From Eledone cirrhosa (taxonomy: Eukaryota): 64,000 bases of DNA. The stretch spans positions 193,192,001 to 193,256,000 of the forward strand of contig OZ024740.1 in NCBI GenBank assembly GCA_964016885.1, given 5' to 3'. Positions within the stretch are counted from its first letter, which is position 1. Each line of letters begins with the position of its first letter. This document shows positions 1-14,583 of the stretch, one piece after another. The notes under the pieces were generated by a model. It did no database searches. It saw nothing but the letters and a program-made list of their open reading frames with translations, and was not told where the DNA came from. Made by a program: the position numbers and the translations under genes.

Positions 1-137
1 AAGATTTTATATTCTACCATACTATTTCATTATAATGTCATTAACATTTTAAAGTATTATTAAATAAAACGAGTAAATTAAACAAAGCTGGAATTCCTTT
101 TATTAATATAATCTTCTATACACAATCACACACACCC

Positions 138-180
<43 letters not shown>

Positions 181-281
181 CAACAGATTAAAGTTTATGC
201 AAAGTATCGCTGCTTTCACACTTAACGGAATCTTCTTTATATTTTGGTCTTCACATCTATTGTTATTAATATATATATATA

Positions 282-436
<155 letters not shown>

Positions 437-570
437 TAGTAACAATAAATGTGAACACCAAAATATAAAGAAGATCCCGTTAAGTGTGAAAGCAGCGATA
501 CTTTGCATAAACTTTAATCTGCTTATGTATATATATACACGGGTGTGTATGTTTGTGTATAGAAGATTAT

Positions 571-920
571 ATTAATAAAAGGAATTCCAGCTTTGTTTAA
601 TCTACTCGTTTTATTTACAATACTTTAAAATGTTAATGACATTATAAGGAAATAGTATGGTAGAATATAAAATGTTAAATGTTAATTGAACAAGTACGTT
701 CATGCTTTCGCAATCTTCAGCTGTCACAGTTGAAAATTGCCAACTTGATTGTCACCACTGAATATGAACCTGAAGATTGCGAAAGCATGAAAGTTCTTGT
801 TCTATTAATATTTAACATTTTATGTTCTATCATACTATTTCATTATAATATCATTGTAATGTTAAATGATTGTAAATAAACCGAGTAGATCAGACAAATT
901 TGGAATTCCTTTTATTAATA
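571..920. mobile_element. Short fold-back (inverted-arm) PLE pLTR-like element with a degenerate hammerhead in each arm
   Basis: Arm ~571-722 is the reverse complement of ~768-920. Each arm has CTGAAGA-TTGC-gaaa-GCAT-GAA followed by AGTTCT or CGTACT (inferred consensus palindrome AGTACT). Ends in (TA)n. Bases 1-270 are another copy of the arm, inverted relative to 437-675. Confidence 0.7.
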
Positions 921-2059
921 TATATATATATATAATGAGATTAATATCCCCACAGGTATTAAGTATCCACGGAAATATATAGGGTGTCTATAATACATTT
1001 GTTGTTCAATGGTATTAATTTGAGATACCAGAACTATAAAATTGAGATGAGCGGAACAACCAAACATTGAGCAATCTTTTAAATGAATTACAATACGATT
1101 TAAATATCCACCTGCCCAAAATGCTATTACTGACGGTTTCGCTTCACAAAAGATTGGAAATCCAGAGAATTTCCAACGTAAATATCAGCTCTATTATATA
1201 TATATATAGATATATCAGTGTGCATTGAGCAATGAAAGTAAAACATAAGTCAGAGATAGGTAGTTAATTAGTTCAAAGTTTTGTAACGCATCAGACGGTT
1301 GATTGATAGTAATAGATCGAAACATCGACTAGCATGTGGTGGTTATGTTACTACTTGTTTCTAGTGTCGACATTCTTGAATAATCCCGCCAACTTCCACG
1401 GAAACAATTCGATATATATCTATATATTAAAATCTTTTCTCCGACATAGCTGTATATATATATACAGGTATGTGGATTTTGTATAGTTAATGGTATACAG
1501 TATGTTTTATAAATAAGCATTTGGAAACCCTCTATCTATGAATATTGAAAGGATGAAGGCTAGCAGAAGAAGTGAATGGCAACTGTTAATGTACATTTCT
1601 GGCTCTGGCTATCACCAGGGCTTCCCCTGCTCTCTAGTGGAATATGGAAGAGACGAAATTATATAGTTTTTTTTTTGCCTGTGTAGTGGGGGCTGATTAC
1701 ATTCATTTGCCTAGGCAGCTGTGTAAGGTGGCTCAGCTTGAAAGTAGATTTAAAATTTCAGCTCCGACAAGCTTCCTGCCCAGTGCTACATGGCTGCATG
1801 GCGGGAATGAAAATCCGTGCTGCGAAAACTGAGACACTCGGTCTCGAAAGGAAGCCTGTGCAGTACATTTTACATATGAAAGGGGTTCTACTGAAGCATA
1901 TAGAGAAGTTCCATGTTTCGAGTCACTTTAACAGTCAGTAACCAAAAGAATGGATGTCGGCGTAAAAGCCAAACTCACTAACTTAAAATTCAGTATTCAT
2001 CCCAAACCTTACCCATTATCATGGGTATTGGGTATTAACCGAACAAATACGATTGCAAA

Positions 2060-2560
2060 TACAAGCAGCCGAAATGTGGTTCCTTTGAAGTGTGTTTGGT
2101 GTTACGTTACTCGATTGAGTACGTAGGTCGGAGATCAGAGGGTTACTCCCGGTTGAGCCGCTACTTCTCCGAATTGAGAGATAATAGCTCCGTTACAATG
2201 GACACGTGGTTAGAATATCTCAGGAAAGAATTACAGAACAAAATTTACCGGCAAAACTAACCGGCAGGAGACCTAGATGCTAAACACGTCAACACCATCG
2301 GATAACATCCATGACATTGGCTGGCCTCGCTTTGGGATCCAGTCGGATCAGTTGGAGAAGGTTGCTTCTGACAGAACCCGCTAGAAGGAGTGCTTGACGA
2401 CTCTTCCCCCACGATTCTCTCATGACTGAGAAGAAGAAGAAGAAGAAGAAGAAGAAGAAGAAGAAGAAGAAGAAGAAGAAGAAGAAGAAGAAGAAGAAGA
2501 AGAAGAAGAAGAAGAAGAAGAAGAAGAAGAAGAAGAAGAAGCAGCAGCAGAAGCAGCAGC
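2060..2560 (+). mobile_element. RTE-clade LINE 3' fragment with (GAA)n tail
   Basis: Decayed translation EMWFL..VTLLD*VRRSEIRGLLPVEPLLLRIER..LRYNGHVVRISQERI..TGRRPRC matches the RTE C-terminus. Ends in a long (GAA)n at 2430-2540. Same family as 62150-62770. Confidence 0.8.
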
Positions 2561-3225
2561 TCCGACATAGGTGTTCACCTGTTTGAAGCACTGTCCCAAT
2601 AGACGGAAACTGCTCAGATGACCTTTTGATGGATAGTATCTGAAATTAATTTGGGACCTTACATTTTAACGTTGGTATATGATTTTTGTTAGGAAGGTTT
2701 CATTTAAATGTATGTGACATCTACGAACCTTAAATTAAATTTCAATATGATAACTCTTCCGTTTATGTAATCTCAAAATTGAAACTAGCGCAAGGACAGT
2801 TTTATTATTTAATGCGTTGGTATTAATATGGCAATCACCTATTTTCGTGCATATATTTACAAGTGTGCTTTCAATTATTGATTGTGTCTATATTGCACAA
2901 CGCCCCAGTGATATTACCATTGTTTTGTGAGCGAAGTAGGGTTGTATTTCCCCGCCGATTCAGCTACAAAATAGATACAGATATTTCCAAAATGAACGAA
3001 AGATTGAAGCGCTGCAAGATGAGTATCCAGCAATAAATCTGCAATTCCATCTAATTGGGGGATATCGAGCATTTGTAAAACTCTTCATCATATCACATTT
3101 GAATAAATTTAAGTGTAAATGGAAAGAGATGAAAACGAGATATAGAAAAAACCAAGCAGATAATTAGATAGATACGCGCTGTTAACTTAACATAAAAAAG
3201 ACCTCAACAAGACACACACACACAC

Positions 3226-3267
<42 letters not shown>

Positions 3268-3331
3268 ATATATATATATACATATATTGTATATATATAT
3301 ATATATATTTGTGTGTGTGTGTACGTGCATG

Positions 3332-3376
<45 letters not shown>

Positions 3377-3524
3377 TTATATATATATATATATATATTT
3401 ATATATAAATACATGCATGTACATACCCCCAACCCCACTCGCAATCGTGAAACTAATAATCATATCATTTGTACTGCCTCTTCGTTTTTATGTTTTTTGT
3501 TCTCGGTTTACTTTAAAAAAAAAA

Positions 3525-3708
<184 letters not shown>

Positions 3709-4316
3709 TGAAATGCAGACAAATAAATGGATTAATACATGAAGTTGCGATAATAATCTTGAATAATTCACTTTCTTTCATAGCAACAATATGTGCCTCT
3801 ATTCATAAACAACGATAGTAAAAACCAAAACCATCATAGTGATTTTAGAAATGTTGTAAAACCAAATATGTGTATAGACCTGTATCTTTGTGCAATAACA
3901 AACATCTGAAAAGCTGTGGAAAGAATAACATTTTTACTATCATCATGCCCAGCAACAAATAGCGAATGAAAAAAAAATCACGTATCTCCTCAATCATCCT
4001 ATCTCATTATCTTGAGACGTCAGTATGTATTAACGGAAAAGAATAAAAATATATAAGTACAATAATAAGGAATGCTAAAACATACGAACAATACCAGTGA
4101 AATGTTATCAATAATCAAACGGAGAAGAGGGAAAAGATTTCAGAAATTCTCCATGAACTCTCAATATGGCTTGATTAATATTTACTAAACACGGTAACCA
4201 TCAACGTCTGCAAACATCGCCTTCTATCTTTCTTTCTCTACGCATGTATGTACTCAAAATTTATACACATATACACACACATATGTATATATATATATAT
4301 ATATGCACACACACAC

Positions 4317-4359
<43 letters not shown>

Positions 4360-4366
4360 TATACAC

Positions 4367-4436
<70 letters not shown>

Positions 4437-4527
4437 CATATACATACATGCATAAATATATGTATTTAAATAAATATATATATATATCTGTTTATATATA
4501 TATATGTGTATGTATGTGTGTGTATGA

Positions 4528-4587
<60 letters not shown>

Positions 4588-6332
4588 GCGTATATGCATA
4601 TGAATCTAACCTATCTATCTATTTCTCCTTCCCTCATTCTCTCTTTCTCTTTTGCACACACATATCCCTCTATTATATGTACCTAACTTCCCCTCCAAAT
4701 CTAACATTATAAAGTTATAGAGATTTTCTCTGATGTTTGCTATCGATAGAGGTAAAAATAGTTGAATAGAAAACAGCTTAATTAAGTGCATAATTTATAA
4801 TATGTCGGCTATTGTTATATATTAGAGAGTGTGGACATGGCCAAAGAGAAACAACTTACGGGAAAAAATGTTCAATAAATGTGGTTAAATGCATGTTAAC
4901 TTGGGTTAGGGGATCAAGTGCTCAGTAGTATTTAATAACCAATTGAATACATAAAACATATCATGTTTTTTTCGCATCCATACCGTTTAAAATTGAGAAT
5001 TATTTTATCAGGAACATAGGAAATCGACCGGATTACAGTTTGAAAATATGAACTGTTATATTATTTTACACACTTAACTAAAAATAATGCATTTATTATT
5101 TCTTCTTGTTTTTATATTATTTGCTTAGCTAAAAATAATGCATTTATTATTTCTTCTTGTGTTTTATATGTATTTATAAATGACATTACTAATAGCAGGT
5201 CAGGTTTAGAACTTTCCCGTAAATAACTATATTAGCTACATAATAATTCTATGTTGAAAGTAGATACTTTACCTTCATGTGCATTGCAACAAAGTAGACA
5301 TAGGGAAACTAACTTCCTTATTTTATTTGATTGCATCCAAAACCAGCTGGATTTTCTATTACATTAATTGAATAATTATAAAGAAAGGAATTCAATAATG
5401 ATTTCTGGCTATGTAGACATAAATGTAGAGGTAAATTCTAGCAAAATGTATTAGACGCCGTAGTGGGGCTAAATTAATAATTCCTCAGACAACAGTATTG
5501 AAAGCAAGTAACTCTACGGGCATAAGACAAACTAGAAGTACTGACGATGTAATTATAGAACAACAGTGTTAAGTTGAATAATGACAAAATCTGTACATCA
5601 TCTCTCTACCTCGTCAATATAACACACACCTTGAAATCACAATCATACAATATCATCAACAGGTCTTAGATAATGCATTCCTTGACATGTTTATATTGAA
5701 AACAAAATCCGAATCCAGCAACACCGGTAAACTTTTCATTAAATGTACTTGAGGAGCTGATATAGAAAAACTAACAACATTTAAAAAAATAATACTCATG
5801 TTGTGAATAAGATATTTTGTTGATATATTGTTGATGTCACGTGTTAATTTCCTGGTGATGGCTGTTAGTGCATTCGACACGTATCGGTCAAGCATAGTTG
5901 ATAAAGGTTTAACACAAGGGAAATAATTTTGGGCCTCAATATTAATTCCGATTTACTGTTATTCTCGTTACACTATTCAATAAATATCGAAATAGAAAAC
6001 GAACATTCTTCGTATCCACCAACCTCTTTCACTTGTCGATTAGGAATCAATAAATAACGGGATCTAAAGATACCAGATTTAAGGCAACACAACACAATAT
6101 ATATTTTTTCATATTATTGAGGCTAAATAGTGCGAATTGTTACTCTGGAGATACCCCCACTTGTTCACAGACTCATTAGACAAGAACTAAATATTTAATA
6201 GCCAAAACAACACAAATAAAGGAAGACACAACGAGGTGGAGATGAAATTCTGAAGGCGCGGGGGGTGGTGGTAATTGAAGAGAGGGATTCCTAGTATACA
6301 TATATATATAAATATATGTGTGTGTGTGTGTA

Positions 6333-6423
<91 letters not shown>

Positions 6424-7065
6424 CTGTCTGGTCTCGCTCGAATGCTATCGGTACGTCACCACACAGTTCAGATTGTCACATGTTTGGATAATTTGCGAGT
6501 TATACGGCAACCCCATAAAGTATGTGAAAGGTTGGATTAAATTAAATCAACGGTTATCCAATAGAGTGTTAACAAAGGAATAGACAGAGTTTATTAGAGT
6601 TGGTTGTAACACTTCATTGACCATCTTTCAAGACACCAGTGGTGTCTTCATGGACATTTACCATCAATTCTGCATCATCTAGATGAACGTTGGTGAAATT
6701 ATCAACTGTCACCGATGCTCAGCAATGTGAAAAAGAAGAGACAAGCTTATATATATATAAACAAATAGTAAAAAGGATAAACATAAAGCAGAACATTCTG
6801 GGAGGGGGGGGGGTTCAGTATGATATCAAAACATTAATATATGAAGTGAGGATTTCCGTATTTAATTGTAGTACTGGTTTCAGCATTATATGCTTTTTCA
6901 ACGACAGAAGTGTAAAGTGCAGTTAAATTGCATATTTATACGAATAATAATAAACTGGAGAAGAAATATTATTAGTTTTTACAAACATATTTAGATAGGA
7001 ATGTTCATGTTTCAATCTGAGGCTCTCTTTCGTTCTTTGCTAGTTAATCAACAGAGGGTGTAATA

Positions 7066-7123
<58 letters not shown>

Positions 7124-7960
7124 AGGAGTTGACGGACCCAGCATATTTATCAATGCCAATACCGGCTGTATCTTAGCGAACTCCATGGGCAATCTCAGAT
7201 ACGTTCCGAGAGTATACACAGTTATTTGCTTCAAAACAGCAAACGTAAAACGAGTGCCTATAATGGTTCCCGGACTCGAGTTTCTGTCGCACTTATGCTA
7301 CAGTAAGGTGCACTGCACCATCCGTCTGCATATATTATGCAACAATGCATAATCGGCTTGTGCGTCTTCATCAGCGGGTATCGCCTAATCAAAAACCAAT
7401 CGATTGACAGATCCGAACACCAGTCCAAGGCAGTCATGACTATTTGTGACGACTGACACGGTAAAGCGATTAGCAAGTGGCACCCGATACGATTCTATCT
7501 CTCAACTTGCCACCGATTTATACATTTTACGTGATGGCGGGAGGCTAAAGAATCAATATTTTCGTTCCCGTCAAAAGACCTCAGCCAACATGTCTCACAC
7601 ACAAAATTAAGTGGTGAAAAGATGGCTATTAGAAATAGCAGTTCACATTGATGTATAATAGCATTCTATTATATATAGAATTATATATATATATATAATA
7701 TATATATAAGCTTGTCTCTTCCCTACCTTATGATATATATAGAGTAATAATAATACATCTGAAGACTACACTCCGAAGAGGGGTCGATAAGGATAATATA
7801 TATATCAAATATATAAAAAAAAACGATACAGAAAATGTTTATTAAAATAGGAGATTAAAGTTTAAGCAAAGAATCTGTGCAGTCAGATTGATTTTTTTAC
7901 TTCCAGAAGATCCCGTTGATGGTGCTTTGCGTAAAATATTAATCTGCTATTTTATATATA

Positions 7961-8276
<316 letters not shown>

Positions 8277-8704
8277 ACATTGGTAAAGGGAAGAGAAAAT
8301 GCTGAAAAATTGTTCCCAGTGAAAAATAGTTTAATTAGGAATAAATAAAAATTAGTAATAAGTATTGGTTAGTATTCAGTTTAAGTTTTAAGTTTTTACC
8401 GGTTGCGCATTTCTAATGCTTTTCAAAAATAATTTTGAGATAGAGCACCCGTGATGTTTGCTCTAAACTGATTAGTTTTGGAAATTCTACCTATTTTATG
8501 TGTAAAAAGTGGCTCCAGAGGTATTAAAATAAGTTTCGCGCCAATTCGTGTTGCAAAAATTCTTGGGGTCAAAAGAATTTTGATGGGTCGGGAGAGGTCA
8601 AGTGAATGTTAAAAATTGATTTTGCGCGAAATGTAGGTTTGTCGAAGAGTGGCCGTTTTCGCCTGATTGAGAAGTCACTGAAAAATAAGTCTTTTAAGAT
8701 AAAT

Positions 8705-8706
<2 letters not shown>

Positions 8707-8791
<85 letters not shown>

Positions 8792-8845
8792 CGCGTGTGT
8801 GTATGTGTGTGTGTGTGTGTGTATGTGTGTATGTGTGTGTGCGTA

Positions 8846-8876
<31 letters not shown>

Positions 8877-8896
8877 CTCTGTGTGTGTGTGTGTGT
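8707..8896. repeat. (GT)n microsatellite
   Basis: Direct reading; expanded relative to the short (CA)n tracts of the right arm. Confidence 0.95.
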
Positions 8897-9555
8897 AGCA
8901 GAGTAATTCGTGGTAGAGGGATCGGTCAGTAGGAATGTGTCTGTACGTGTGTGTGGGATATTTTAACATGTTGAAAGATATATTTCAGCTCCTGTCTTAT
9001 ACGGAGTAGTGTGTGTGTGTATATGTCTCTGTGTATGTTATTGTACGCGTGTGTATGTGTGTGTGTATATATATAGGTGTGTGTGTGTGTATATGTGTGT
9101 ATATGTGTGTGTGGGGGGGGGGACTAGTCTTTTTTGTGATACTGGTAAAAATGGTGTACATTATTCGATATTTTCAGCCAAAACGATTCTCTCAAGAGAA
9201 CATCAAACACATGAATAATAAAAGGTGTGAAATGATATATAGTATTGTCATAACACCAAGGTGTGTGTGAGTGTCCAGATTGTACGTACTGCAAAGGGAA
9301 TCCATTAGGCCCTGCCGTATTGGAATACTTGTGTACAAATATGTATGCGCCCATCAGTGTGCAATGCATGTGTGCGTATATGTATGTGTGTGTGTCGGCA
9401 CGTTTATATATATACATATCAAAAAGTATGCAAATTTGTGTATATTTGTGTTGCACCATAGAACAAGTGTGTTTACGTATGTCATTGTGTTTATATGTGG
9501 ATAGAGATGTATTTAGGATGTATGCTGATGTAGGTATGTATGTTGTGGATTCCTC

Positions 9556-10200
9556 TTAGGGAGAAGGGTTTAGACGGGGTCCGTATTTGTTAATAACATG
9601 AGATTCCTTGATGATGCGCTGGGTGTGGGTGGCATTATCTTTAAATTTGTAGAGAGGAATGATTCTAAAGTTGCGAAGATTTTGGGTGGCACAGGTATCA
9701 AGTTGTTCACTCAGTGGTATTTTCCTGTATTCCTGTATTTTTATTTGGGATCTATGGACAGTCATGCGTTGGCGGAGGTTGTTTTTATTCTGGCCTATGT
9801 ATTGTTCTCCACAACCTGAGCAAGTTAATATATATATTAGATTTTCTGATGCGCATGTGAAATTGTGTTTTACTATAAAACGTTGTCCTTCTTTGAAATA
9901 GAATTCTGAACCCTCTATTAGTTGGATGCATATGCCACAGTTGTGTCTATCGCATTATTTTACTGTGGGTTTCGTTGTTGTTGTTGGCAGTACTTTGGCA
10001 CGTGTTAGGATGTCTTTCATTGACTTACATTGTCTTTTCCTCTTTATGATATCGTGTGTTCGAAGGATTTGGTTCATTCTATGGTCCTTTTTTAACACAG
10101 GGATGTTCTGGAGGATGGTGTCAAAGGCCTCATTGTTCAGGGGGTTGTGTGTGGAGATGTATGGAAGAGCTTTTAGTTTCGGTTGATTTACTTTAGGGTG
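9556..10200 (-). pseudogene. PLE C-terminal region with GIY-YIG endonuclease (left arm, frameshifted)
   Basis: LPYISTHNPLNNEAFDTILQNIPVLKKD...C..C..C..NFTCASENLIYILTCSGCGEQYIGQ...LRQRMTVHRSQI. Confidence 0.8.
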
Positions 10201-10240
10201 TCTAAGGTACTGGGTACTGAGGTTTCGGAGACGTTGGATA

Positions 10241-10822
10241 CCATCTCCACACACAACCCCCTCAACAACGAGGTCTTTGACACCATCCTCCAGAACATCC
10301 CTGTGTTAAAAAAGGACCATAGAATGAACCAAATCCTTCGAACACACGATATCATAAAGAGCAAAACCCTAACACATGCCATAGTACTGCCAACCACAAC
10401 AACGAAACCCACAGTAAAATAAATGCGATAGACCCAACTGTGGCATATGCATCCAACTAATAGAAGGTTCGGAATTATATTTCAAAGAAGGACAACGTTT
10501 TATAGTAAAACACAATTTCACATGCGTATCAGAAAATCTAATATATATATTAACTTGCTCAGGTTGTCGAGAACAATACATGGGCCAGACCAAAAACACC
10601 CTCCGCCAACGCATGACCGTCCATAGATCCCAAATTAAAATACAGGAATATACGAAAATACCAATGAGTGAACAACTTGATACCTGTGCCGCCCAAAATC
10701 ATCCCAACTTTAGAATCTTTCCCCTCTACAAATTTAAAGATAATGCCACCCACACCCAGCGCATCGGCAAGGAATCTCACTTTATTAACAAATACGGACC
10801 CCGTCTAAACACTTCTCCCTAA
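10241..10822 (+). pseudogene. PLE C-terminal region with GIY-YIG endonuclease (right arm, frameshifted)
   Basis: ISTHNPLNNEVFDTILQNIPVLKKD...NLIYILTCSGCREQYMGQTKNTLRQRMTVHRSQI...FINKYGPRLN. Confidence 0.8.
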
Positions 10823-12396
10823 GACGAACCCACAACATACATACCTACATCAGCATACATCCTACATACATCTCGATCCACATATAAACACAATGACATA
10901 CGTAAACACACATGTTCTATGGTGCAACACAAATATACACAAATTTGCATACCTTTTGATATCTATAGATATAAACGTGCCGACACACACACATACATAT
11001 ACGCACACATGCATTGCTCGCTGATGGGCTCATACATATTTGTACACAAGTATTCCAATACGGCAGGGCCTAATGGATTCCCCTAGCAGTACGTACAATC
11101 TGGACACTCACACACACCTTGGTCTTATGCCAATACTATATATCATTTCACACCTTTTATTATTAATGTTTTTGATGTTCTCTTGAAAGAATCGTTTTTG
11201 CTGAAAATATCGAATAATTTACACCATTGTTACCAGTATCACAAAAATACTGGTCCACCAAAACCCCTCCGTACACACACACACATACACTCATATACAC
11301 ACACACGCACACACATATATACACATACACACGCGTACACTAACATACAAAGAGACATATACACACACACACACATTTCTCCGTATAAGACAAGACCTGA
11401 AATATACCTTTCTACATGTTAAAATATCCCCCACACACGTACAGACACATTCCTACTGACCGATCCCTCTACCACGCATTACTCTGCCACACACACACAC
11501 ACACATAATTGTCTTAATAGGCACCTGAACTGTTGACCTTCCAACATGACTGCAATTCACACACACATCCCTACTGACCATTATCTCAACAATGAACCTC
11601 TTTACTACACACACACACACACACATATTCGTCTTAAAAGACTTATTTTTCAGTGACTTCTCAATCAGGCGAAAAAGGACACTCTTCGACAAACCTACAT
11701 TTGGCGTAAATCAATTTTTACCATTCACTTGACCTCTATCGACCAATCAAAATTGTTTTGACCACAAGAACTTTTGCAACACGAATTGGTGCGAAACATA
11801 TTTTAATACCTCTGGAGCCACCTTTTCACATAAAACAGGTAGAATTTCCAAAACTAATCAGTTTGGAGCAAACATCACGGGTGCTCTATCTCAAAATTAT
11901 TTTTGAAAAGCATTAGAAATGCGCAACCGGTAAAACTTAAAACTAAAACTGAATACTAACCAATACTTATTACTAATATTTGTTTATTCCTAATTAAACT
12001 ATTTTTCACTGGGAACAATTTGTCAGCATTTTCTTTTCCTTTTACCAATATATCACAACTCGTGTGTTACACCTCTATTCTTTTAAATATATATATATAT
12101 ATACATATATATAATTATATATATATTAAACTAGCAGATTAAAATTATACGCAAAGCACCATCAACGGGATCTTCTGGAAGTAAAAATATTAATCTGACA
12201 CCAGCGATTCTTTGCTTAAACTTTAATCTGGTATTTTAATAAATATTTGCTGTATCGTTTTTTTATATATTTGATATATATATATTATCCTTGTTTCCTA
12301 TAACTATGCCCATTACGAACCGAGGTTCCGCTAAGCTGAAACAATTGTTCTCAGTATGGTGAGCTAACTGTTGAGTAACCACTTCTACCTAACTCG

Positions 12397-12500
12397 TCCC
12401 ATGGACTGAGTGCTCTACCACTACGGATATTTCCTTCCTGTATTCTACCACTATATATATATATATATATATCCGTAGTGGTAGAGCACTCAGTCCATAG
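12397..12500. repeat. Short inverted repeat flanking a (TA)n core
   Basis: atggactgagtgctctaccactacggatat ... atatccgtagtggtagagcactcagtccat. Confidence 0.8.
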
Positions 12501-12650
12501 AACCACTTTTCTACACACATATATATACACACACACAAAATATATATTCTCTCCATCTTAACATACTCGCACACACACACATAACACCCATATACACACA
12601 CAACTCCCTCGCCCATTTCTACTAATATAATCATCTTCCAATACACACAT

Positions 12651-12669
<19 letters not shown>

Positions 12670-12683
<14 letters not shown>

Positions 12684-13330
12684 AGCACACAAATAAACAT
12701 ACATATCTTCACTTCAATAGAAAATCTGAACTCTGACACCCCAGCAAACTAACCATATTCACTGAACCAGAACAATTCTCCCAATCCCATTTCTCTTGAC
12801 CACTATCTTTCCATTGTCATAACTTTCGCTATAAAGGCTACAGAATAGTTTTCCAAATAAGGGCGCAAAAATGTAATGAAAACTTGTTCACGTGACAGCC
12901 AAATTTCATTTATAACCAATCAAATCACATTTATTAAAAAAAAGCCTTCGTGAGCCACCTTTTTTAAAGTAAAGAAATTCAAACACACACACACACACAC
13001 AACACACACACACACACGCACACACACACAAGCACACAAATAAACATACATATCTTTACTTTCTTTATTCAATAGAAAATCTGAATTCTGACACCCCAGC
13101 GAACTAACCATATTCACTGAACCAGAACAATTCTCCCATCCCTTTCTCTTGACCTTTCTCTTTCACTTATCAAAAAATTCTCTAAAAAGGCTACAGAATG
13201 AATTTCCAAATAAGGGCACAAAAAGTTAATGAAAACCTGTTCACGTGACAGCCATAATTTCATTTATAACCAACCAAAAAAAGCCTTCGTGAGCCTCCTT
13301 TTTTCAAGTAAAAAGGAATTCAAACACTCA
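12670..13330 (+). repeat. Two diverged direct tandem copies of a ~340-bp unit
   Basis: cacacaagcacacaaataaacatacatatc...gaaattcaaacac occurs at ~12675-12988 and ~13022-13328. Confidence 0.8.
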
Positions 13331-13711
13331 TATATGAAAAAACAACCTGTGACAACCCCCCCCTCTTATTTGAAGAACTATTGTAACGCGAACTGGCGCG
13401 AAATTTATTATAATTATTGACAAACCACTCAAATTACTTCTCGAAAAACCTGGCATTTCGAGCCACTTTTTCCATATAAAACAAGTAACATTCAGAGACC
13501 AACCAGATGTGAGAAAAACCACAGACCCTCCATCTCAACTCACCTTTTGAAAAGCAGAAGAACTGCGAAACGGGTAAAGGATACAAATAAATATATATAT
13601 TTATAAAAAAATTAGACTCCAGTTGCATTTTCGATTTCATCTCTTTTTCTTTATATTTTCACTCGTGTAGGACACCTCGGTTATTTTTCATTTTGTAAAA
13701 AAAACCTCACT

Positions 13712-13759
<48 letters not shown>

Positions 13760-13797
13760 AGGAGGTTATAGTTCACTTGAAGCATTGTGTAATGAGA

Positions 13798-14176
13798 TAT
13801 AAACGTTTGAATATGTATAGTAAAGCCAAAACAATGCAGGTATGGACATAGAAAAAAGAATGCAATTGCAAAATATATTGTTGACAATTCGTCTTTTACC
13901 TTAGATTTATTTTAAACGTCCTTAATTTTTGAGATAATATCTCTTCTTCAGAGGGAAATAAAGTTCTCAAACCAGCGTTCTAAATATCTTGCCAAGCCAA
14001 CGCTGGTTTGAGACCTTTATTTCCCTCTGAAGAAGAGATATTATCTCGAAAATTAAGGACGTTTAAAATAAATCTAAGGTAAAAGACGAATTGTCAACAA
14101 TATCTTTTGCAATTGCATTCTTTTTTCTATGTCCATACCTGCATTGTTTTGGCTTTATTATACATATTCAAACGTT

Positions 14177-14180
<4 letters not shown>
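13798..14180. mobile_element. Fold-back pLTR element with hammerhead (same family as 48299-48681)
   Basis: Arms ~13798-13979 and ~13999-14180 are inverted and flanked by (TA)n. Confidence 0.85.
14024..14058 (+). ncRNA. Minimal type-I hammerhead ribozyme
   Basis: CCU-CUGAAGA-A-GAGAU auu AUCUC-GAA-AAUU-A-AGG: canonical core, palindromic helix III. The mirror copy (~13920-13954, minus strand) has G12->A. Confidence 0.8.
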
Positions 14181-14234
<54 letters not shown>

Positions 14235-14583
14235 TATTGAAGTTTGCTTGAAGCATTGTGGAATAATAAGTAAATATCTTTAAGTCGTTTGGAAGCCTCG
14301 ACAATGCAAATGGGTAAATCTCCGGGTAACAAGATCCGGTGGTGGGAGAGAGATGTATGTGGGTGTACGTTGAGATGCATGGTGTGTATGAGATGTCATC
14401 CCCAACACCATCAGGAACATCCGCCTACCAGTAAGCCTACGTAAACCAGCTTTCCAAAACACCACTAACCGCATACATCGCACGTGTATTAAACAGATCC
14501 TGAGACATCTCAACCGCCAATTACACGTCCATAAGCGGACGCTCTCAGAGCGGACACATCGACTGCCAATAGCACTCGGGGAC

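Larger units (their letters stand above)
8279..12049. mobile_element. ~3.8-kb palindrome of two inverted Penelope-like element 3' ends (GIY-YIG + long CA-rich 3' UTR)
   Basis: Left arm ~8279-10160 is the reverse complement of right arm ~10241-12049. Outer segments 7785-7950 and 12131-12290 are also inverted homologs. Confidence 0.85.

Noticed and set aside
5400-5950. Unique-looking region with a 79-aa minus-strand ORF
   Set aside because: No recognisable motif or splice context, and flanking frames are closed.
7755-7790. CTGAAGA followed by a hairpin; similar partial motifs at ~49979, ~55240 and ~57317
   Set aside because: They lack an intact GAA/helix III or stem I, so they are too degenerate to call as ribozymes.
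13798-14180. Fold-back elements as MITEs of DNA transposons with TA target duplications
   Set aside because: The arms contain hammerheads, turn-round points vary between family members, and the same inverted-end layout flanks the RT/GIY-YIG copies. A PLE origin fits better, though a MITE origin is not formally excluded.
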